The notes beneath the pieces were generated by a model, which searched no databases, was not told where the DNA came from, and saw only the letters and a program-made list of their open reading frames with translations. Positions 43,502-53,890 of a stretch of 53,890 nucleotides of DNA are shown piece by piece. The position numbers and the translations under genes are program-made. The stretch lies in assembly GCA_043819795.1 (NCBI GenBank), contig JBDREN010000138.1:1-53890 (forward strand). The letters are read 5' to 3'. How positions within the stretch are numbered: the stretch's first letter is position 1; each line of letters starts with the position of its first letter. The DNA comes from Elusimicrobiota bacterium. GTDB lineage: Bacteria; Elusimicrobiota; Elusimicrobia; UBA1565.

Positions 43502-44854
43502 GTGAGTAACCTAGATCCGGCGAAGATATGGGCCGATGTCGTAGACTACCTGCGGCCGGAGATCGGCGACGACAACATCGAGCTCTGGCTCAGGCCGGTG
43601 GAGGTCGTTGGGATCGAGAACCAGCAGCTCCGCATCAAGGTCCCGAATAAGTTCTTCACCGAGTGGATCAAAGACCATTACCAGCAGAAGATCGAGAGCT
43701 ATATCAAGAGCCTGACCGGAGAGGACATAGCCCTCGACTACTCCGCCGCCAAGGACCTCAAGAACGCACTCCCGAAGGTCGACCCCATCGAGGAGGCCCG
43801 GCCCCAGTCCGAGTTCTCGCTCAGCGAGCTCAATCCGCGCTACACGTTCTCCTCGTTCGTCGTGGGAGCGTCGAACAGGTTCGCCCACGCCACGGCGGAG
43901 GCGGTGGCCAAGAACCCGGGACGGCAGTTCAATCCGTTCTTCATCTATGGAGGCGTCGGCCTCGGGAAGACCCATCTCATGCACGCCATCGGGCACTCGA
44001 TGCGGAGAACGCACGCGCGCGCGCGCGTTCTATATACGACGTCCGAGCAGTTCGTCAACGAGTATATCGATTCGCTGCGCTACGACAAGCCCGACGCCTT
44101 CCGCGGTAAATACCGCAACCTTGACTGCCTTCTCATAGACGACATCCAGTTCCTTATCGGGAAGGGCCGCAGCGAGGAGGAGTTCTTCTACACGTTCAAT
44201 TCGCTGTTCGATTCCCATAAGGAGATCGTCATCGCGTCCGACCGAGCCCCGAAGGAGATGGCTCCGATCGAGCAGCGCCTGATCTCGCGGTTGGAATGGG
44301 GCGTCGTATCGGACATCAAGGCCCCGGACTTGGAGACCCGCATCGCGATCCTGCGCAAGAAGGCCGGGGCCGAGAATATCTTCGTGCCGGACGATGTGAT
44401 CCTCTACGTCGCGACCGTCATTAAGTCGAACATACGCGAGCTCGAGGGGGCGCTCATCCGCCTGAGCGCGTTTTCATCGCTGACCGGCACGCCCCTTAAC
44501 GTCGACACGGCTAAGGAGCTTTTAAAGGACTCCATCGGGGCCGAAGGCCCGATGACGGTCCGCGTCGAGACGATACAGCGCCAGGTGGCGGAGAAGTACG
44601 CGATCGAGCTGAAGGATATGAAATCGCGCTCGCGCCGCAATGAGGTATCGTTCCCACGGCAGCTCGCCATGTACCTCTCCTCCACGTTGACGGAGCTGTC
44701 CACGACGGACATCGGAAGAGCGTTCGGGGGCCGGGACCATACGACGGTAATCCACGCCCGAGATAAGATTAAGAGACTAATAGAGAAGGACCCGTTTTTT
44801 CTCGAGAATGTGAATAAACTGACCGAGCGCATCAAGACTGTGGAAAACCAGTGA
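43502..44854 (+). CDS. dnaA: Chromosomal replication initiator DnaA
   Basis: YTF..FVVG.SN, GGVGLGKTHL, IDDIQF, NIRELEGAL, FGGRDHTTV. Confidence 0.98.
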   Translation: MSNLDPAKIWADVVDYLRPEIGDDNIELWLRPVEVVGIENQQLRIKVPNKFFTEWIKDHYQQKIESYIKSLTGEDIALDYSAAKDLKNALPKVDPIEEARPQSEFSLSELNPRYTFSSFVVGASNRFAHATAEAVAKNPGRQFNPFFIYGGVGLGKTHLMHAIGHSMRRTHARARVLYTTSEQFVNEYIDSLRYDKPDAFRGKYRNLDCLLIDDIQFLIGKGRSEEEFFYTFNSLFDSHKEIVIASDRAPKEMAPIEQRLISRLEWGVVSDIKAPDLETRIAILRKKAGAENIFVPDDVILYVATVIKSNIRELEGALIRLSAFSSLTGTPLNVDTAKELLKDSIGAEGPMTVRVETIQRQVAEKYAIELKDMKSRSRRNEVSFPRQLAMYLSSTLTELSTTDIGRAFGGRDHTTVIHARDKIKRLIEKDPFFLENVNKLTERIKTVENQ

Positions 44855-45002
44855 CTTATACCCCGGAATAGCGCATAACTTCATGATCTGTGATTAACCG
44901 GGATAAAACATCCGGGCGTTGGTGATAAAAACACGATTTAAAACAATGGGATTCCCCACTTATCCACAGTATTCGCAATATTAAACAAGAGGACGAGGAC
45001 GC
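44839..45002. other. Probable replication origin oriC (dnaA-dnaN intergenic region)
   Basis: AT-rich; perfect TTATCCACA at 44960-44968, TGTGGAAAA at 44839 and several degenerate boxes; housekeeping gene orientation switches here. Confidence 0.75.
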
Positions 45003-46109
45003 ATGAAAATCAACTGTAGTACTGAAGAAATGTCGAAAGGCGTGCAGACGATCCAATCGGCGCTTTCCGCGAGGACGACACTACCGATACTACTGAACTT
45101 CCTCATGGAGACGGATGGATCGAAACTAAAGCTCGTTTCGACCGACCTCCAGATGGGAGTAAAACGATACATAAAAGCCGAGATCGAGAACGAGGGGAGC
45201 ATCACCATCCCCGCTAAGAAGTTCTCCGACATCCTCCACACGCTACCGCTGGACCATGAGATATTCCTCTCAATGGACGACGATAGCAAGGTCCTGATTA
45301 AGTGCGGACGCTCCCGGTTCGTGATCAACGGCACTCCGAAATCCGAGTACCCGGTCCTCCCCGAGTTCAGTAAGAGCAACTCATTCAGCGTCGGGGCCTC
45401 GGATCTTGCCGATATGATACGGATGACGATCTTCGCGGCCTCGTCGGATGAGACTCGCTACGTGCTCAACGGGGTGTTTTGGGCGGCCTCCGGCGGGACG
45501 ATGGAGATGGTCGCCACCGACGGCCGTCGGCTTGCGACGGTGAAGCGTGATATCCTCCCGAAAGATAAAGAATTCCGCGCCATCATCCCCACTAAAATAC
45601 TCCATGAACTCTCCCGCCTGCTAAGCAACAGCGAGGATGAGTCCATACTCATAGCGATCACTGAGAACCAAATAGCGTTCCAGACGAAGGACACAACGAT
45701 GCTCTCCCGGCTTGTCGAGGGCAGCTTCCCTAACTACGAGCAGGTCATCCCTATCAAGAAAGACATCAAGCTTTCCATAGCGACGAAGACCCTGCTTGTA
45801 ATGACCAAGCAGGCGTCTTTGTGCAGCCAGGATCGGGGAGGCTCCGTTAAGTTCACCCTAAAGAAGGGGGCTCTCCATATCTCCGCGTCGAGCCAGACGC
45901 TCGAGTTCGACGACGAGATTCCCGTCGAATATAAAGGCGACGATTTCATCATCGCGTTCAACCCGCAGTACGTCATCGACGGGCTGAAGGCTATAGGTTC
46001 CGAGAAAGTCCTAATGTCGCTCACCACTCCCGTGAACCCCGTCCTCCTCGAGCCCGAAGGAGAGGCGCAGGAAGGCTTTAAATACGTCGTGATGCCGATG
46101 CGCGTGTGA
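45003..46109 (+). CDS. dnaN: DNA polymerase III beta clamp
   Basis: LPIL.N, STDL, VATDGRRL, G.FPNY, terminal VVMPMRV; follows dnaA. Confidence 0.96.
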   Translation: MKINCSTEEMSKGVQTIQSALSARTTLPILLNFLMETDGSKLKLVSTDLQMGVKRYIKAEIENEGSITIPAKKFSDILHTLPLDHEIFLSMDDDSKVLIKCGRSRFVINGTPKSEYPVLPEFSKSNSFSVGASDLADMIRMTIFAASSDETRYVLNGVFWAASGGTMEMVATDGRRLATVKRDILPKDKEFRAIIPTKILHELSRLLSNSEDESILIAITENQIAFQTKDTTMLSRLVEGSFPNYEQVIPIKKDIKLSIATKTLLVMTKQASLCSQDRGGSVKFTLKKGALHISASSQTLEFDDEIPVEYKGDDFIIAFNPQYVIDGLKAIGSEKVLMSLTTPVNPVLLEPEGEAQEGFKYVVMPMRV

Positions 46110-46414
46110 CCATGTTCCGCGCATCCCGCAAGGCACGCTGGACGAAGGCCTCGGACGTGCTGCGGGGCTGGAAGTTCCAGCACGGCGTGGAAACGGACCG
46201 CATGCTGATACTGAACCAGGTTTGGGAGCGTGAGGTCGGACATTTATCCCGGCACTGGGCGCTGGCCGCGGTGCGGCGGGGGATATTATACGTCCGGGTC
46301 AGCACGCCCGCGGCGGCCCAGGAGCTGCAGCTTAGGGGCGGGCAGGTCGTCCGCAGCCTAAATAAATATTTTAAGAGGTCGTGGATCAAAGGCATCAGGA
46401 CGACGCGGGAATAA
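46106..46414 (+). CDS. DUF721 / DciA-family protein
   Basis: W...VG..., G.LYV.V...A.AQEL pattern; typical position before gyrB. Confidence 0.75.
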   Translation: MTMFRASRKARWTKASDVLRGWKFQHGVETDRMLILNQVWEREVGHLSRHWALAAVRRGILYVRVSTPAAAQELQLRGGQVVRSLNKYFKRSWIKGIRTTRE

Positions 46415-49039
<2,625 letters not shown>

Positions 49040-49047
49040 GGGAGGAC

Positions 49048-51633
<2,586 letters not shown>

Positions 51634-51641
51634 GCGCCATC

Positions 51642-52154
51642 GTGGAGAGAGCGACACCTAAGGGGCCGAAGGTGCGGTCGAAGCCGCGCCGGGGACGCGC
51701 CGCCGATCCCGAGGCGTCCCGGCATGGCTCCCCTCCGGGCTCGAAGCCAGGCTTCGAGATCGTTCCCCACACCTCCGATGTCGGCCTGCGCATCAGCGGC
51801 CCCACGTGGAAGGCGTTCTACAAGAACGCGGCCCTTGGGCTGCTCTGCGTCTACGGCCTAGAGAAGACTCGCCGGGGACCTCTCGCCGCCGAGATCCACT
51901 TGCGGGCCGATAACCCCGAAGACCTCCTCGTGGACTGGCTGACCGAGCTCATCTACCGCGTCTCGGCCGAGCTGTGGCTGCCGGCCAGGATCCGCATCCT
52001 GTCCGCCGACGACCGCTCCCTCGAGGCCCACGTGAGCGGCGACGGGCTCCAGGAGACCAAGGTCAAGACCGAAGTCAAGGCCGCCACCTACCACGGCCTT
52101 AAGGTCGTCCGGCAAGGCGGCCTCTGGACGGCCACCCTCATCCTCGACGTCTAA
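51642..52154 (+). CDS. Archease
   Basis: HTSDVG, L..WL.EL, VKAATYH, terminal DV; adjacent to rtcB. Confidence 0.88.
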   Translation: MERATPKGPKVRSKPRRGRAADPEASRHGSPPGSKPGFEIVPHTSDVGLRISGPTWKAFYKNAALGLLCVYGLEKTRRGPLAAEIHLRADNPEDLLVDWLTELIYRVSAELWLPARIRILSADDRSLEAHVSGDGLQETKVKTEVKAATYHGLKVVRQGGLWTATLILDV

Positions 52155-52156
52155 TA

Positions 52157-52185
52157 CGCGTCCCTCCCCCGCGGGGAGGGACGCG
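52157..52185. repeat. Single REP-like palindrome, same family as 38079-38267
   Basis: cgcgtccctcccc-cgc-ggggagggacgcg, perfect 13-bp stem. Confidence 0.85.
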
Positions 52186-52315
52186 GGGATGGGAGGGGGA
52201 CGGATGCCGTGTCGTGTTTCAATGAAGAGCTTAAAGGGATTCCGTTATCATTAGGGGACGGCGGCCGCGATCGAGGCCTACAGGGGAACTTCAGGAGGAG
52301 CCGATCGTATAAATC

Positions 52316-53755
52316 ATGGAGCGCAGGATCATCAAGCTCGACGAGTTCCGCTTCGAGGTCCCCAAGACCGGCGGGATGCGCGTGCCCGGACTGATATACG
52401 CCTCGGACAAGATGATCGGGAAGATCGAGCGCGAGCGCGTGGCGGAGCAGGTGGCTAACGTCGCGCACCTTCGCGGCGTGGTGGGGCATTCGCTGACCAT
52501 GCCCGACTGCCACTGGGGCTACGGCGCGCCGGTCGGGGGCGTCTCCGCGATGGACTTGGACGAGGGCGTCATCTCTCCCGGCGTCGTGGGCTACGATATA
52601 AACTGCGGCATCCGGCTTCTGCGCAGCGACCTGAAGGCGAGCGAGGTCAAGCCGCGCACGGGGCAACTTATGGACGCGCTCCACCGGACGGTGCCCTCGG
52701 GCGTGGGCAAGGGCGGCCGCATCCGGCTCGACAAGATCGAGATGGGCAAGGTCCTGCGCAAGGGCGCGCGCTGGGCCGTGGAGCGGGGCCACGGCGACGC
52801 CGAGGACCTGGAGGCGATCGAGGACGGGGGCATGCTGGAGGGCGCCGACCCCGACGTCGTGAGCGACCGGGCCGTCGAGCGGGGCAGGAACCAGGTCGGG
52901 ACGCTGGGCAGCGGCAATCATTTCCTGGAGCTTCAGGAAGTGGACGCGGTCTACGACCGGGGCGTGGCCGCGGCGTTCGGGCTTTTCGAGGGGCAGTTCG
53001 TGGTGCTCATCCATACCGGGTCCCGGGGCTGCGGCTACCAGATCTGCTCGGACTTTCTGAAGACGATGATGAGGGTCATGGGCCGCTACAACATCTCGCT
53101 TCCCGACCGGCAGCTCGCCTGCGCGCCGCTGAGCTCGCCGGAGGGCAAGGACTATCATGCCGCCATGTGCGCGGCCGCGAACTACGCGTGCGCCAACCGG
53201 CAGGTCATCACCGACCTCGTGCGGGAGGCCGTCATGCCCGTGCTCCAGGTGGGGCCGCGGGACCTGGGCATGCGCCTCGTCTACGACGTGAGCCACAACA
53301 TCGCGAAGATCGAGGAGCACGAGGTGGGCGGCCGCAAGCGCAGGCTCTGCGTGCACCGCAAGGGGGCGACCCGCGCCTACCCGGCCGGGCACCCCGAGCT
53401 TCCCGAGGCCTATCGCGACGTGGGCCAGCCCGTCCTGGTCCCGGGATCGATGGGGACGCACTCCTACGTGCTCGTCGGCACGGAGCGCGCCATGAAGGAG
53501 ACCTTCGGGACGGTCTGTCACGGCGCCGGCCGCATGATGAGCCGCACGCAGGCGGCCAAGCAGGTCCGGGGCCAGGACCTGGTCCGGGAGCTCGGCGCCC
53601 GGGGGATCGCCGTTCGCACCGACTCCTACCGGGGCCTGGCGGAGGAGGCCCCCCTCGCCTACAAGGACGTCTCCCATGTCGTCGACGTCTGCGACCGCTC
53701 CGGCATCTCGCGCAAGGTCGCCCGGATGCGGCCGTTCGGCGTCCTGAAAGGCTAG
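52316..53755 (+). CDS. rtcB: RNA-splicing/repair ligase RtcB (long, archaeal/eukaryotic-like type)
   Basis: MPDCHWGYG, GYDINCG, GSGNHF, HTGSRG, HRKGAT, HGAGR, EEAP.AYK. Confidence 0.95.
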   Translation: MERRIIKLDEFRFEVPKTGGMRVPGLIYASDKMIGKIERERVAEQVANVAHLRGVVGHSLTMPDCHWGYGAPVGGVSAMDLDEGVISPGVVGYDINCGIRLLRSDLKASEVKPRTGQLMDALHRTVPSGVGKGGRIRLDKIEMGKVLRKGARWAVERGHGDAEDLEAIEDGGMLEGADPDVVSDRAVERGRNQVGTLGSGNHFLELQEVDAVYDRGVAAAFGLFEGQFVVLIHTGSRGCGYQICSDFLKTMMRVMGRYNISLPDRQLACAPLSSPEGKDYHAAMCAAANYACANRQVITDLVREAVMPVLQVGPRDLGMRLVYDVSHNIAKIEEHEVGGRKRRLCVHRKGATRAYPAGHPELPEAYRDVGQPVLVPGSMGTHSYVLVGTERAMKETFGTVCHGAGRMMSRTQAAKQVRGQDLVRELGARGIAVRTDSYRGLAEEAPLAYKDVSHVVDVCDRSGISRKVARMRPFGVLKG

Positions 53756-53786
53756 CAGCCCGTGGCAAAAGTCTTCCGGGGCCTGC

Positions 53787-53885
53787 AATCGCCTGGAAGC
53801 GGCCTGCGCCTGCGTTGCTCCTCGGTCACATCCCGTCGAGGGATGCTCCCTCGTCGCGCCTTGGCTCGGCTCGCTCCAGGCGATT
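53787..53885. repeat. Nested inverted-repeat element after rtcB (possibly truncated by the window end)
   Basis: aatcgcctgga/tccaggcgatt outer stem with inner catccc/gggatg hairpin. Confidence 0.5.
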
Positions 53886-53890
53886 TCGCC

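Overview
GC-rich bacterial chromosome segment spanning the probable replication origin. An hpf-hprK-rapZ-mannose-type PTS-lepA-lepB-nfeD run is divergent from dnaA-oriC-dnaN-dciA-gyrB-gyrA-archease-rtcB, and clpC, recA, xerD and fatty-acyl-CoA genes lie on the left. Gene content (PorV-like barrel with CTD cargo, HprK with mannose-type PTS, DciA, long Ala/Pro/Ser-leader proteins) suggests Elusimicrobiota, but this is inference only. The most unusual region is 15.0-25.2 kb plus a gene at 29.2-30.8 kb. Five proteins there share an N-terminal signal peptide, an LxSxLP motif, an Ala/Pro-rich linker and an (L/V)F(D/S/T)G motif, fused to unrelated cargo: a tandem pair of degenerate-HAD + PD-(D/E)XK paralogs (one with intact nuclease motifs, one apparently dead), a HAD phosphatase-PQ-loop transporter fusion, an MFS transporter and an M28 peptidase. 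This is a candidate undescribed effector/targeting system. The window also has several small palindromic repeat families: a ~150-bp structured element in three copies, a 48-bp REP array, an in-frame 54-bp intragenic repeat and a 25-bp inverted repeat. gyrA has a +1 frameshift that is probably a sequencing error. No rRNA, tRNA, CRISPR array or transposase was recognised. All calls come from motif reading by eye; no searches were run.
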